DNA of 64,000 nt, from IMG/VR virus record IMGVR_UViG_3300044977_000094, positions 1 to 64,000 of that record. One strand, 5' to 3'. Origin of the DNA: a virus. Shown piece after piece: positions 16,763-26,758 of the stretch. The position numbers and the translations under genes are program-made. Below the pieces are notes generated by a model. The model was given only the letters and a program-made list of their open reading frames with translations, was not told the origin of the DNA and made no database searches. Position 1 is the stretch's first letter. The number at the start of each line of letters is the position of its first letter.

Positions 16763-18069
16763 CACGCCACCCCCGTCGCGGAGTTGCCGTTGTCGTCGGC
16801 GTCGGAGGGCCGGTAGGCGATCCAGGGCCAGTCGCCGGGGTCGCCCTGGCGGACGAATTTCGGGAAGGCGCGTTCGTCGCGCAGGCCGCGCCAGGGGACG
16901 ACGCGCCGGGCGCGGTCCTGGTCGGCGGAGCGTTCGTCTTCGACGGGGCGTAGGCCGAAGCCGAACTCGGGCCAGCGCAGCCACAGGCTGCTGCCGACGG
17001 GGGCGAGGCTGCGGGGTCCGAAGCCGCTGGCTTTGGCGGCGTGGGCTTCCATGAGCATGGCGCAGCCGCGGCCGGCGAGGCGGGCTTCGGTGAGCGCGAC
17101 GGTGATCTTGCGGGCTTGTTCTTCGCTGTTGGGGTCTCCGGCGTGGAGCTGGTAGACGGGTCCGATGATCAGCAGGTCGGGCTGGGCTGCTTCGACGCGG
17201 CGCATGAGCCAGGCGCGGCCGTCAGCGCGGGTGAGGTCGACGCCTTCGGGGCGGCAGTCGATGTGGAGGTGGCCGCGTTTGACGGGCTGCTGGAGGCGTT
17301 CGGCGGTGTTCATCAGGGCGCGGTAGCGGCGCCGGGACTGGGGGGCGCTGTTCTCGCAGTCCAGGACGAGGACGTTTTGGGGGCCGAGGTGGTTGGGCTG
17401 GTTGCCGAAGGGCATGGCTCCGGCAGCGGCGGTGATGGCGAACTGCCGTAGGAGTGTGGATTTCCCGCCGCCTTCGCCGCTGGTGAGCATGAGCCGGTCG
17501 CCGCGTTCGATGAGGCCGGGTAGGACCCAGTCGTAGGTGTCTTCGATGGCGAGGAAGTCGTGGATGTCGGTGATGGGGGTGTCGTCGGCTGCGCGTCCGG
17601 CGTCGCGTACTTGGCGGGTGAGGTTGACGGCGGTTTCGGCGAGGTCGCCGGATTCGCCGCTGCGCGGGTCGGCTGCCATCTGTGTGATCTTCATGCCGGT
17701 TTCCATGAGGGCGCGGCGTTGGGCGAGGGAGCGGATGCGGTGGGCGTACCAGTCGGCGCTGGTGGGTGTGGCGGCGAGGTCGAGGCAGGTGTTGAGGTAG
17801 TCGGGTCCGCCGGCGCGCATGGTCTGGCCGGTGGCCTGGAGTTGGGCGGCGACGGTGATGGGGTTGGCGGGTTCGCCGCGGTCGAGGAGGGTGGTGGCGG
17901 CGGCGTGGATGAGGGCGTGTGCGGGGCGGTAGTAGTCGGCGGGGGCGACGAGTTGGAGGATCCTGCCGGCGTGTTTCTGGTTGGCGAGGACGGTGCCGAG
18001 GTGGGCTTGTTCGGCGGCGAGGTCGTGGGGTTCGACGCGTTCGAGGGGGTCGGTGTCGGTGATGGTCAC
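16759..18069 (-). CDS. Replicative helicase (DnaB N-terminal domain plus RecA-like/AAA_25 ATPase)
   Basis: PHDLAAEQA.LG..DYYRPAH (DnaB-N); Walker A GEGGGKST; LDCEN. Confidence 0.88.
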   Translation of the reverse strand: MTITDTDPLERVEPHDLAAEQAHLGTVLANQKHAGRILQLVAPADYYRPAHALIHAAATTLLDRGEPANPITVAAQLQATGQTMRAGGPDYLNTCLDLAATPTSADWYAHRIRSLAQRRALMETGMKITQMAADPRSGESGDLAETAVNLTRQVRDAGRAADDTPITDIHDFLAIEDTYDWVLPGLIERGDRLMLTSGEGGGKSTLLRQFAITAAAGAMPFGNQPNHLGPQNVLVLDCENSAPQSRRRYRALMNTAERLQQPVKRGHLHIDCRPEGVDLTRADGRAWLMRRVEAAQPDLLIIGPVYQLHAGDPNSEEQARKITVALTEARLAGRGCAMLMEAHAAKASGFGPRSLAPVGSSLWLRWPEFGFGLRPVEDERSADQDRARRVVPWRGLRDERAFPKFVRQGDPGDWPWIAYRPSDADDNGNSATGVAW

Positions 18070-18941
18070 TAGAAGATCCCCCGCTCGGCGTAGGTCTGGC
18101 TGGTGTCGCGCTGCTGGTTCTGGCGTTTGGCTTGCTGCTGTTCGGCGATGGCTTGGCGGCGCAGGGTGTCGTACTTTTCGCGGAGCTTGACGGGCGACAG
18201 GATGTGGGCCTGCCAGAAGGGGTTGGCCTGGGCCCAGTCGAAGGCTGCGCAGGCTTTGTCGGGGGTGATGTCGTCGTCGTCGATGAGGAGCCGGGCGGCG
18301 GTGCGCCAGCGCTGGGTGATGTTGGGGCGCTTGCTGCCGCTGGCGACGAGGGCGGCGATGATGTGGCGGCAGATGCGGTCGGCGTCGTCGCGGCCGGCGT
18401 TGAGCTCGGCTTCGGTTCGGCGGGAAGATTTCCGCTTCTCTTTTACTTCTGTCTCTGTCTCTGTCTCTGCTTCGTTTTTGCTTCGCGTTTGCTTGAGCAA
18501 ATCCGAAGCACTTGCTTCGTCGTGATCTTGGGCTTCGGAGGCTGCCCGACGGGCCTCGCCGGAGCGCTTGCCACCCATCTGACCTGCGGCGGCGCGCTTG
18601 GCGCGGAGGTCGCGGACTTCGGTGGCCGACCGTTGGTGATCAAGGTAATCGTGTATGACGTACTGGTCGGCCTGTCCCCCCGGGCAGTGGTGGCAGTCGT
18701 GATTTCCTTCGTGGAACAAACCTGCGCGAACAAGCGCCGAAGCACTTGCTTCCCAGTTGCTTGAATCCGTCAGCCGGGGGACAAGCCGACGGGGGACCAG
18801 CCCGTCAGTGAGATGACGGGAGGCATAGCACAGCGCGCTCACGTACAGCCACGCCGCCTCACCACCCACCTCAATGATCTTCGGATGGTCCGGCAGCCCG
18901 TCATGCAGACGGACGTACGTGCGCTTGTCCTTCTCGGCCAT
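18069..18941 (-). CDS. Replication initiator 2
   Basis: VRLHDGLPDHPK..TDG..IHDYLDHQ; FWQAHILSPVKLREKYD; upstream of helicase; internal iterons. Confidence 0.78.
   Translation of the reverse strand: MAEKDKRTYVRLHDGLPDHPKIIEVGGEAAWLYVSALCYASRHLTDGLVPRRLVPRLTDSSNWEASASALVRAGLFHEGNHDCHHCPGGQADQYVIHDYLDHQRSATEVRDLRAKRAAAGQMGGKRSGEARRAASEAQDHDEASASDLLKQTRSKNEAETETETEVKEKRKSSRRTEAELNAGRDDADRICRHIIAALVASGSKRPNITQRWRTAARLLIDDDDITPDKACAAFDWAQANPFWQAHILSPVKLREKYDTLRRQAIAEQQQAKRQNQQRDTSQTYAERGIF
18430..18764. repeat. Iterons and AT-rich tract (putative origin 2)
   Basis: TGCTT(C/G) at 18468, 18479, 18490, 18513, 18747 and 18758 (mostly 11-bp phasing); GAAGCACTTGCTTC twice; (TCTCTG)n. Confidence 0.7.
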
Positions 18942-19030
18942 ATAAGGCTTCTCTCGGAGACTCAAAAACGAACGCGGGATAGTGGAGAGAGCCGGCCCGG
19001 GGCGTTACGGTCGCCCCGGGCCGGTCCTGA

Positions 19031-19540
19031 TCAGAACGGGGGCTCGTCCGAGGTGCCGCCCTGGCGCCCCTGCGGCGCACCCCAACCCCCGCCGGACTGC
19101 TGGCCGCCACTCGCCCACGGATCGGCCTGCGGCCCCTGCTGGCCGACGCCCTGCCGCTGCTGGCCCTGGCCGCCCGACCGGTCAGCCCTCGTGACCTTGG
19201 CCGTAGCGAACTTGAGGCTGACCGCGACGTCCTCGGCTTCGATCTCGAAGACGGTGCGCTTTTGCCCGTCCTTCTCGTAGCTGCGGGACTTGAGCGCACC
19301 GGTCACGACGAGCCGCATCCCCTTCAGGACACTCTCGGCGACCTGCTCTGCCTGCTGCCGCCACACGTTGACGGTCAGGTAGAGGGGCTCGGCGTCCTTC
19401 CAGGTGCTGGTGGTCTTGTCGTAGGTCCGTGCCGTGGAGGCCATGCGGAAGTTCGCGACCGCAGCGCCCGACGGCGTGAACCGCAACTGGGGATCTTCGA
19501 CGGCATTGCCGACAAGGGTGATCAAGGTTTCGCCTGCCAT
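19031..19540 (-). CDS. ssb: Single-stranded DNA-binding protein
   Basis: [28 protein letters not shown]; C-terminal DEPPF. Confidence 0.96.
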   Translation of the reverse strand: MAGETLITLVGNAVEDPQLRFTPSGAAVANFRMASTARTYDKTTSTWKDAEPLYLTVNVWRQQAEQVAESVLKGMRLVVTGALKSRSYEKDGQKRTVFEIEAEDVAVSLKFATAKVTRADRSGGQGQQRQGVGQQGPQADPWASGGQQSGGGWGAPQGRQGGTSDEPPF

Positions 19541-19549
19541 GACGGGCTC

Positions 19550-20296
19550 CTATGCGGTGAGTTCGAGGTACAGATGCGGGAAGAGCGTGCTGAGCCGGTT
19601 GCGGACCTGGTTGGCGCTCATGCCGAGCCGCCGGGCGATCTGCTCGGGCTGCTGGCCGGCGGAGGCGAGGAGCCACATCTCGGTGACCCGCTCGGCGGCG
19701 AGCTCGTCGCGGTTCAGTTCGGCCTCCGTGACGTCCGTCTCCGGGACTGCGGCGGGGTCGTCGATGTCGTCACCCCAGGCCAGTGGGCCGTGGAAGCCGC
19801 GCTGCGCGGCGGTGGTGCGGGATCGCTTCGACGGTCCGGGGATGGTCGACCACTGCCGGTACAGCTCAGCGACTGCTGTGGCGTAGCGGCGCCGGATCGT
19901 GGGGTAGCGGCCTGCCAGCAAGTTGGAGACGAACTCCCGCGACACCCTGAGTTCCCGGGCGATCGCGATGGCGGTGTGGCCGATGGCAATGAGCGCCTGC
20001 ATCCGTCGGCGGCTTCCGGTGGCGTCGATCGTGAGGTAGTCCGGGATCAGACCCGGGTGCATGCGTGTCGCCGCGAGCTTCGCCGCACTGTCGGGCCTGA
20101 TCTGGGCCCGCTTGCCGTGGAGGAGCTGGCCGACTCCTTCTTCGCTGTAGCCGGATGCGGCCGCGATCTGCCCGCAGGTGTAGCCGTCGGCAACCCACTG
20201 GGCGACGAGCTGCCGGAACGGTTCGGCGTCGACCAGGAGGAGGCCTTCGCGGGCTGTGCGGAGCCGCCATTCCTTCATGTACCGGGGGGTGCTCAC
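19550..20296 (-). CDS. Multi-HTH DNA-binding protein
   Basis: Several HTH-like segments; TGSRRRMQALIAIG; PLAWGDDIDDP. Confidence 0.65.
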   Translation of the reverse strand: MSTPRYMKEWRLRTAREGLLLVDAEPFRQLVAQWVADGYTCGQIAAASGYSEEGVGQLLHGKRAQIRPDSAAKLAATRMHPGLIPDYLTIDATGSRRRMQALIAIGHTAIAIARELRVSREFVSNLLAGRYPTIRRRYATAVAELYRQWSTIPGPSKRSRTTAAQRGFHGPLAWGDDIDDPAAVPETDVTEAELNRDELAAERVTEMWLLASAGQQPEQIARRLGMSANQVRNRLSTLFPHLYLELTA

Positions 20297-20475
20297 CGCT
20301 CCTCCCCGCAGTGCTGGGTGGTGCGGTGAGCGTTCATGCGGGCTCGGCGCTGGCGGGCGTCGCGTCGGACTTCGACGGCGTGGCGCCAGGACACCCAGCA
20401 GCCGGCGCAGGCGAGGACGAGGACGATGCTGGCGAGGATGGTGACGGTCAGGACCATGTCGAACCAGGGGTGCAT
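20293..20475 (-). CDS. Small membrane protein
   Basis: TM helix followed by a basic tail. Confidence 0.5.
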   Translation of the reverse strand: MHPWFDMVLTVTILASIVLVLACAGCWVSWRHAVEVRRDARQRRARMNAHRTTQHCGEER

Positions 20476-20576
20476 CGGGGCCTCCGTTCGGTGGTTGGTG
20501 GTGGGGCGGCGCGGTCGCTGGTCGCGCCGCCCGGGGTGGCTGCCGCCGGGGAGGGGAGGACCGCGGCGGCAGCCGG

Positions 20577-21209
20577 TCAGGTGGTCTGGGGGATCTGCGG
20601 CAGCAGCTCGGTGGGCTCGTCGTCGGGCTCGGGCGGCAGGTCGTAGGCGGCAGTGGGCTCGCCGTCGACTGTCGGAATCTGCACCGTGTCGTCGATCGGC
20701 TCCGAAGCCTCTTCCGGGCCTGTGTCGGGCTCGGCCGTCGCCCTGGGGACGGTCTCCGGCGCGAGAGGCTGGACGGAGGCGACCGGCTGCCGGGTGGCAT
20801 GCAGGTCGTCGAGCATGTCCTTGACCTCCTGGATGGCCAGCTCGCCGTGCCCGGCAAGCCAGTGCAGGAAAGCCCGGCGCTCGGCGGTCTCGGCCTTCTG
20901 GTAGATCACGCCCGCCTGCTGGGCGTAGTGCCGGGCCCACGCCTCGGCATCGCTGCGGTTCCAGCGGTGCGCGACCGGGGCGGACTGCGGGGTGAGCGGC
21001 AGCCACTCCTTGCCGTTCCAGTAGTCGGGGGGTCTGGTGCCGGCGTTGGAGTCGTAGACCGCCCAGTCCCCGGCGGCGTCGACGGCGATTCCGATGTACG
21101 CCTTGGGGCCTGCCCAGTGGCCGGTGATCGGGTAGCGGGCGGCGGTGGACAGTTCGGCGCGGGTGGCGGTCGCGGTGGCGGTGGCGCGGCGGCGGGTGCG
21201 GGTGCTCAT
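20577..21209 (-). CDS. Hypothetical protein
   Basis: GGAG RBS; coupled. Confidence 0.6.
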   Translation of the reverse strand: MSTRTRRRATATATATRAELSTAARYPITGHWAGPKAYIGIAVDAAGDWAVYDSNAGTRPPDYWNGKEWLPLTPQSAPVAHRWNRSDAEAWARHYAQQAGVIYQKAETAERRAFLHWLAGHGELAIQEVKDMLDDLHATRQPVASVQPLAPETVPRATAEPDTGPEEASEPIDDTVQIPTVDGEPTAAYDLPPEPDDEPTELLPQIPQTT

Positions 21210-21411
21210 CGGGCGTCTCCGGCTCGGGCGGTGTTGGAGTGGGCGTCGTTGATGGCCTGCTGCCACTGGGCGCGCTCGGTCTCGTGCCGTTCGGCCAGGT
21301 GCAGGCTGGCCCGGACGGATGGGACACGCAGGAGCTGGGTGAGGCGGCGGATGTGCCGCTCCGCGACCGCTTCTGTGGCAGCGTCGGTCACGCGGAACGT
21401 GGTCGCGGGGC

Positions 21412-21705
21412 TCATCGGGGACCTGCCTTCGCGGCCTCATAGCAGCCGTAGCAGTCGTCGACGCTGCCGTTCTCGCAGCAGTGCTGGTCGAGGGGCGTGC
21501 CGGTGTCGGCGTGGAGCCGGTAGTCGTCGAGGAGGTTGTCGATGACGTCCCACTGCGTGTCGTGGTGCTCGCTGAACCGGTCGCGGCGACTCTTGAGCCA
21601 CTGCTCAACCAGGTCGCCGCGCTGAGGGCGCGCCGCCGGGTGGTACGACGGCCCGGAGTGCGTCAGGGCGTCGAGGAACAGGCTCCAGCGGCTGGTGGTC
21701 ATCAC
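21412..21705 (-). CDS. Hypothetical protein
   Basis: PQRGD.VEQWLK..DNLLDDYRLHADTGTPL. Confidence 0.6.
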   Translation of the reverse strand: MMTTSRWSLFLDALTHSGPSYHPAARPQRGDLVEQWLKSRRDRFSEHHDTQWDVIDNLLDDYRLHADTGTPLDQHCCENGSVDDCYGCYEAAKAGPR

Positions 21706-22100
21706 GCGACCTGCTTCCGCGTGGCGATGTCCTTGGCGGCAGCGGCACGCAGTGCCTCTACACCGCCTGGTCGCAGGCTGCCCTTGGGCGCCTTCCGCAC
21801 CGACGGCCCAGTCTTCGGCAGCTTCTTCGAGCCGCTGACCAGGTCCTTGAAGCCCTGCCCGGGACGGAACCGCGGCACAGTGGTCTTCTTGACCTTGACG
21901 CGCTCGCCGGTCTGCGGGTTGCGGGCGAACCGGGCCGGGCGGTCGACCTTCTCGAACGTCCCGAAGCCGGTGACGGAGACGCGCTCCCCGGCGGTGACGG
22001 CGCGGACGATGCTGTCGAGGACGGCGTCCACGGCCTCGGCGGCGACGCGGCGGGAGCCGAGCTGCCCGGCGACGGCGTCGACCAGTTGGGCCTTGTTCAC
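21702..22100 (-). CDS. hup: HU-family nucleoid-associated protein
   Basis: MNKAQLV..GFGTFE..ARNPQTGE..PRFRPG. Confidence 0.95.
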   Translation of the reverse strand: MNKAQLVDAVAGQLGSRRVAAEAVDAVLDSIVRAVTAGERVSVTGFGTFEKVDRPARFARNPQTGERVKVKKTTVPRFRPGQGFKDLVSGSKKLPKTGPSVRKAPKGSLRPGGVEALRAAAAKDIATRKQVA

Positions 22101-22753
22101 AGTTGCACTCCATCGGTGTCGTTACTGGCAATGGGGCTGAAGCGGGCGACCAGGGCCTTGTAGCGGGCGCGCTGGGCCTGGTGCTTGGCGATCTTGCGTT
22201 CGCCGAACCCGTCCTCGTCGTACGGGGGCTTGCTGTACATCTCGATGTACTTGTCGCACTGCTCGATCGCGTCCTGGGCCGCGCGGGTGATGGCCTCCGG
22301 CGTCGCCCACTGCTCGTCGGAGTGGATCTCCGTTCCGTCGTAGCCGTGCTGCTGGACGTACGAGGAGACGGACTCGGTCCACATGTGGGCGCTGCGGTCG
22401 TAGAACGCGGCCTTGTAGAACACGGCGACCCGACGGCGCCCCAGGATGTCGACGACGTACGACCACATGTCGTGGTCCGATGCCTGCTTGGTCCAGCCCT
22501 CGGGCAGCGTCGCGGGGCGGAAGATCGGGTCGGCCGGGTCCGGGGCGCCGAACGTGAACCCGAGCGCGAGGAAGTCAGCCTCGGTGCAGTGGAGGATCTT
22601 GGTCGGCAGTCGGTCGGAGTGGACCAGCTGGGACTGTCCGGCCTTCTCCTGGGCCTCGATCGCGCCGCTCGGGCCACCGGGGCCCATGGCCTCAGCGAGC
22701 ATCAGCATGGCTTCGAGCGGGTCGTTCATGTCGGCGCTCGTGTTGCGGATCAT
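22097..22753 (-). CDS. Conserved phage hypothetical protein
   Basis: IEAQEKAGQ..LPEGW..DHDMWS..FYKAAFYDR. Confidence 0.7.
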   Translation of the reverse strand: MIRNTSADMNDPLEAMLMLAEAMGPGGPSGAIEAQEKAGQSQLVHSDRLPTKILHCTEADFLALGFTFGAPDPADPIFRPATLPEGWTKQASDHDMWSYVVDILGRRRVAVFYKAAFYDRSAHMWTESVSSYVQQHGYDGTEIHSDEQWATPEAITRAAQDAIEQCDKYIEMYSKPPYDEDGFGERKIAKHQAQRARYKALVARFSPIASNDTDGVQL

Positions 22754-23018
22754 GCGCGTTCTCCCAGGGTTGTGAGGGTGAGGTGCTGGGGTTCGGCGGG
22801 TGCGGTCGCACCGCAGTTCAGGCACTTGAAGCCGCCAGGAACTTCGACCGCGGCACGTACCGAGTGGCATGGCGTGCAGTCCCAGCGGGGCTCGACCGCT
22901 TGCCAGTCGGCGGGGACAGGCTCGGGGTCGAACCCGGCGTAAGCGATCTCCGGGCGGCGCCGGGTGAACGGCAGCAGGGCGGCGGCGAGGTCGAAGGCGA
23001 CCAACCAGCGCAGGCCGC

Positions 23019-23489
23019 TCACGGCGCACTCTCCTGCGCTGCATCCAGCAAGGCTTTGACGTCGGCGTCCACCGACACATTGGCCAGCCACAGTTCGGAC
23101 TGCAACGAGCGCACCTGGTCGGCAGCGGCAGCCGATCCCGACCGCAGCCCGTCGACGATGTGCTGGACCACGACCCGCCGCAGCACATCCGCATCCCCGT
23201 CGGTGGCCAGGACCCCCACGGCTTCCAGCGCCGCGCCCCGCTCCTCGGCCGCACCGCGGATGGTCAGGTCCCGGGCGGCCACGTCCCGCGCCAACGGGGC
23301 GATCCGGGCGTGGGCTTCGCGCAGCTTCATCTCGCTGTCGCGCTGCTGCTGATCGGCCGTGGCCTTTGCCCCGGCGAGGGCGTCGGAGCAGGAGACCAGT
23401 GCGCCGTGGTGCTCCTCCAGGCGGGCGCCGTAGACCTGCTTGTAGCCCACCAGCTCGGCCAGGTACGACTTCGAGACCCAGGCCATCAC
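23019..23489 (-). CDS. Coiled-coil hypothetical protein
   Basis: Coupled ORF. Confidence 0.55.
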   Translation of the reverse strand: MMAWVSKSYLAELVGYKQVYGARLEEHHGALVSCSDALAGAKATADQQQRDSEMKLREAHARIAPLARDVAARDLTIRGAAEERGAALEAVGVLATDGDADVLRRVVVQHIVDGLRSGSAAAADQVRSLQSELWLANVSVDADVKALLDAAQESAP

Positions 23490-23704
23490 CGGCCGCCCTT
23501 CCGGCCGCTGAGCAGCCGGTCGACCAGGCGCTCGGCGAGCCGCACCAGCAGACCCGGCTGCGGGTCACGGGCCGCACCGGTCTTGATCTCATTCATGACG
23601 ATCACCCCTCGGGGGCTGGGAGTTGTGGGAGGCATAGACGGAGAAGCCGATCAAGGCGGCCGCGAAGAGCGCGAGCGTGGCCAGCGCGAAGACCTCGGTG
23701 AGAG

Positions 23705-24427
23705 TCACGAAGCATCGCCCCGTCGGGTCCGCGGCAGCCGCAGGATGTCCGCGCCGGGCGTTGGCGGCCGCGACAGTGCCGGCTCCTCCGTGAACATCGC
23801 CGAGATCGGCAATGGCAGGGACATCTGCAAGTCCTGCTCGGCGGCCGCCAACTGGCGCCTGACCGTCACCGCGAACTTGATCAGCTGCGGGAGTACTGCG
23901 GCGTGGATCTCCCAGCGGTTGGCCAAAGGCCAGAACAGGTGCTCCCACTTGCGATGCGGCCGCAGCTCCTTCGTGAGGATGCCGCCCTTCGACAGCAGCT
24001 CCCGGAGCCCCGCCGTGTCCACGTCCAGGCCGTACTGAAGCCGGGCGATAGCCGCAGCCTGGTCCCATGAGACAGTGGTGGGTGGCTCGGCGGTGTACGT
24101 GCCGGTCTTCCGCAGTGCGGGCAGCACGGTGTGTGTCACCCACCGCTTGAAGTCCTTGGCCTGCCGCTTGCGGGAGCGGAACGTCAGGGCGTACAGGCCG
24201 GGCTCGTTGATGGTGGTCATCTGCTGGGGGCCGCCGGGGGTGTCGGTAGTAGCGACCCCCTTCTCGTCGTCGTCGAGCGCGGCGAGGGCGTCGGCGACGT
24301 TGCTGATGCCGAGTACGGCGCACACGTCGCGGGCGATCCACCAGGGCTCGCCGTCGATGGTGAGGGCCCGAACAGCGGTGTCGTTGAACGCGAACACCTG
24401 CACGTTCGGTCCGGTTGTGAGAGGCAT
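23705..24427 (-). CDS. BRO-N domain antirepressor-like protein
   Basis: DGEPWWIARDVCAVLG..TPGGPQQM..INEPGLY..FKRWVTHTVLPALRKTG. Confidence 0.9.
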   Translation of the reverse strand: MPLTTGPNVQVFAFNDTAVRALTIDGEPWWIARDVCAVLGISNVADALAALDDDEKGVATTDTPGGPQQMTTINEPGLYALTFRSRKRQAKDFKRWVTHTVLPALRKTGTYTAEPPTTVSWDQAAAIARLQYGLDVDTAGLRELLSKGGILTKELRPHRKWEHLFWPLANRWEIHAAVLPQLIKFAVTVRRQLAAAEQDLQMSLPLPISAMFTEEPALSRPPTPGADILRLPRTRRGDAS

Positions 24428-24510
24428 GGGTTCCCCCTTCGCGGGGAGGTGCTGGGTTGGTGGTGGATCTGCGGGGCCGCTCCCGGGTGGGGGAGCGGCC
24501 CCAGGGGGCG

Positions 24511-25272
24511 TCAGGTGCCCGACTGCTGGGCGGCGGCGCGTTCCTTGCCGATCCGCACGACCATCGCGCCGATCTGCTCCTCGTCCCCGGTCTCATTGGT
24601 CACCAAAGCGGCCACCTGCCGGGTCTGCTGGAGCTCGTGATGGATCTGGCGCAGACGACCCACACTCGTACGCGGATTCGTGATCTCGTCCAGATAGCTC
24701 GCCGCCGCCCGGACCGGAGCCTCACCCCGCTCCAGGCGCTGGGAATCCGGATCGGGATCACTTGTCGGGGTCAGCCCCAAAGTCAGCAAGAGCGTTCGCA
24801 GCGCCACCGACTGCGCCTTCGTCGTGCTCTTATCCGCCGTATCCAGCGCCTCACCGCGGGTCTGTACCGTGAGCTTGTCGCCCTTCGGGCCGAGGATCTC
24901 CCACGTCGTCAAGACAGTGCACTCGCGCATCTTGCTGCCCGACTTGGTGGTCTTCTCGCCGTACTCCGCCTCCACCTTCACCGGCAGCACCGACACACCG
25001 TGCTTGATCGTCACCGGCCCGAAGACGTTGACGACAGTGTCGACGCCGCGGAAGTTGAAGCGCGTCCCGGACTGGTTGTACAGCTCGCCCTTGCCGATCG
25101 CCCGAATGTCGCGACGCACCCGCAGCCAAGCGAGGTGCACCGGCACCATGTCCGGGTCGCCATCCCCCGTCTCGTAGTTACTCAGGTCAATGCCGACCGC
25201 AGCCGGCTCCTCATACAGCGGCTCGCCCTGGTCACGCCCGGCCAGTGCAGCGGCTGTCTCAGCCAGTCCCAT
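24511..25272 (-). CDS. ERF-family single-strand annealing recombinase
   Basis: FNFRGVD..GEALDTADKSTTKAQSVALR. Confidence 0.85.
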   Translation of the reverse strand: MGLAETAAALAGRDQGEPLYEEPAAVGIDLSNYETGDGDPDMVPVHLAWLRVRRDIRAIGKGELYNQSGTRFNFRGVDTVVNVFGPVTIKHGVSVLPVKVEAEYGEKTTKSGSKMRECTVLTTWEILGPKGDKLTVQTRGEALDTADKSTTKAQSVALRTLLLTLGLTPTSDPDPDSQRLERGEAPVRAAASYLDEITNPRTSVGRLRQIHHELQQTRQVAALVTNETGDEEQIGAMVVRIGKERAAAQQSGT

Positions 25273-26318
25273 CAGGACTCCTCCCTCGTCGGCTTCAGCC
25301 GGTACGCCTTGTCGATGGACAGCTGCTCGAACGGCTTACGGGTGACGCACTCGCGGTACGCCTCCGGCCACCGCTCGGCCAACCGTTCGTAGTCCGTCGT
25401 CGCCCGCCCCGGCCGCGCCTCCAGCGAGTACGCCGGGTCGTTGTTCAGGAAGCAGTGCCGTGCTGTGCCCAGCAGGCGAAGCAGCTCGGCTTGGGCCAGC
25501 TCCTTCTTCTTGCGGGCCGCAGCCTCGGCGAGCCGGTTCTCCTCGTAGTTGAAGAGCGCCGCCAGAACGTCGTCGTTGTCGTCCAGGTGCACCACGCCCT
25601 CGGGTTCCGGGTTGAGGCGCCGGTACAGCGAGATCTCACGTGCACCATGCTCGGACGGCGGTGGCACAACTCGGGGAATGACGTAGGTGTCCCAGAAGCG
25701 GCGGCAGGCGGCCACGATGTCCCGCATCGTCGTCTCGTAATCCGCGCGGCGGATCACGCCCTGCCGGTACTCGTTGCCGCCGATCAGGACCGCGTAGTGG
25801 ACGTGGTCGTAGCCGGTGACGGCGAGCTGGAACAGGATCTGCGCGAGCACGTCGTCCGGGGCCCCGCCGTGCCACCGGCCACCCTTGAACGCCGACCGGC
25901 ACTTGATTTCCAGGGCGCACGTCTCGCACCTGGTTTCGGGCAGCGGGCACTCGGTGATGCGCCGGTCGAGCGTGGTCATCAGCACCGGGTCGTCCATGTG
26001 TGCGACCAGGCCAACCCGCTGGACGACGGACCGGTTCCGGCGCGCCCATTCGCGGGCGATGGGTTCCTCCAGCAGGGTGCCCCAGTGGGCGGCGTCGCCG
26101 GCCTGGTCATCGAGTTGGCCTGTTTTGTCGTAGTAGACGTGCCGCGGGCTGCCGAAGTCTTCGACGCCGAGGATCGCGGGCGCGTCGGATGCCCCGATGC
26201 CGCGCTTGCGGGCGGCGAGCCATGCGGAGCGCTCGGCGGAGGCAGGGAGGACGAGTCGGGCGGTCGGGGTGACGCGGCGGCCGGGGGAGGACGGCAGGGG
26301 AGGGGCGATCGTCGTCAC
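25272..26318 (-). CDS. YqaJ/lambda-exonuclease family recombination nuclease
   Basis: WLAARKRGIGASD..G..LE..LEIK..Q..QLAVTG. Confidence 0.9.
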   Translation of the reverse strand: MTTIAPPLPSSPGRRVTPTARLVLPASAERSAWLAARKRGIGASDAPAILGVEDFGSPRHVYYDKTGQLDDQAGDAAHWGTLLEEPIAREWARRNRSVVQRVGLVAHMDDPVLMTTLDRRITECPLPETRCETCALEIKCRSAFKGGRWHGGAPDDVLAQILFQLAVTGYDHVHYAVLIGGNEYRQGVIRRADYETTMRDIVAACRRFWDTYVIPRVVPPPSEHGAREISLYRRLNPEPEGVVHLDDNDDVLAALFNYEENRLAEAAARKKKELAQAELLRLLGTARHCFLNNDPAYSLEARPGRATTDYERLAERWPEAYRECVTRKPFEQLSIDKAYRLKPTREES

Positions 26319-26758
26319 CGGGCACCGCCTGCCTGCTGTGCCTTGCGCTCGATCCAGGCGCGCGCCGCGTCCTCGGTCTCGAACTGCGAGGACGACCTGC
26401 GACGGCCGTCGTGCCGGTACCGGACCCGCCACGTGCCTGCCTTCGTCGGCAGCGCCCGGACCTGGGTGATCCCGTCCTCCGGGCCGACCAGGGCCTTCAG
26501 CCGGGCGACCTCGGCCAGGAGCTGCGGCACTGCTGTGCGGGCGTCGAGGATGAACTCCAGGTCCGCCTCAGCCTGCTCGCCGACACCCGTGTCGAACGTG
26601 CCGACGCCCTGCATGTGCTCGCCGACCCAGTTGGCGACGAAGTCCGGCGGGTACGAGCTCGTCCCAGCCTCGCGAGCCGTATGCCACGGACCTGCGGTCG
26701 CCGCAGCCTCCAGGGCCGTGATCTCGGCGAGGCGGTCCTCGCTCAGCGGGGCCGTCAT
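26315..26758 (-). CDS. Ea22-like protein with an integrase-arm-like C-terminal domain
   Basis: AATAGPW..FILDARTAVPQLLAEV; WRVRYRHDGRRRSSSQFETEDAARAW. Confidence 0.6.
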   Translation of the reverse strand: MTAPLSEDRLAEITALEAAATAGPWHTAREAGTSSYPPDFVANWVGEHMQGVGTFDTGVGEQAEADLEFILDARTAVPQLLAEVARLKALVGPEDGITQVRALPTKAGTWRVRYRHDGRRRSSSQFETEDAARAWIERKAQQAGGAR

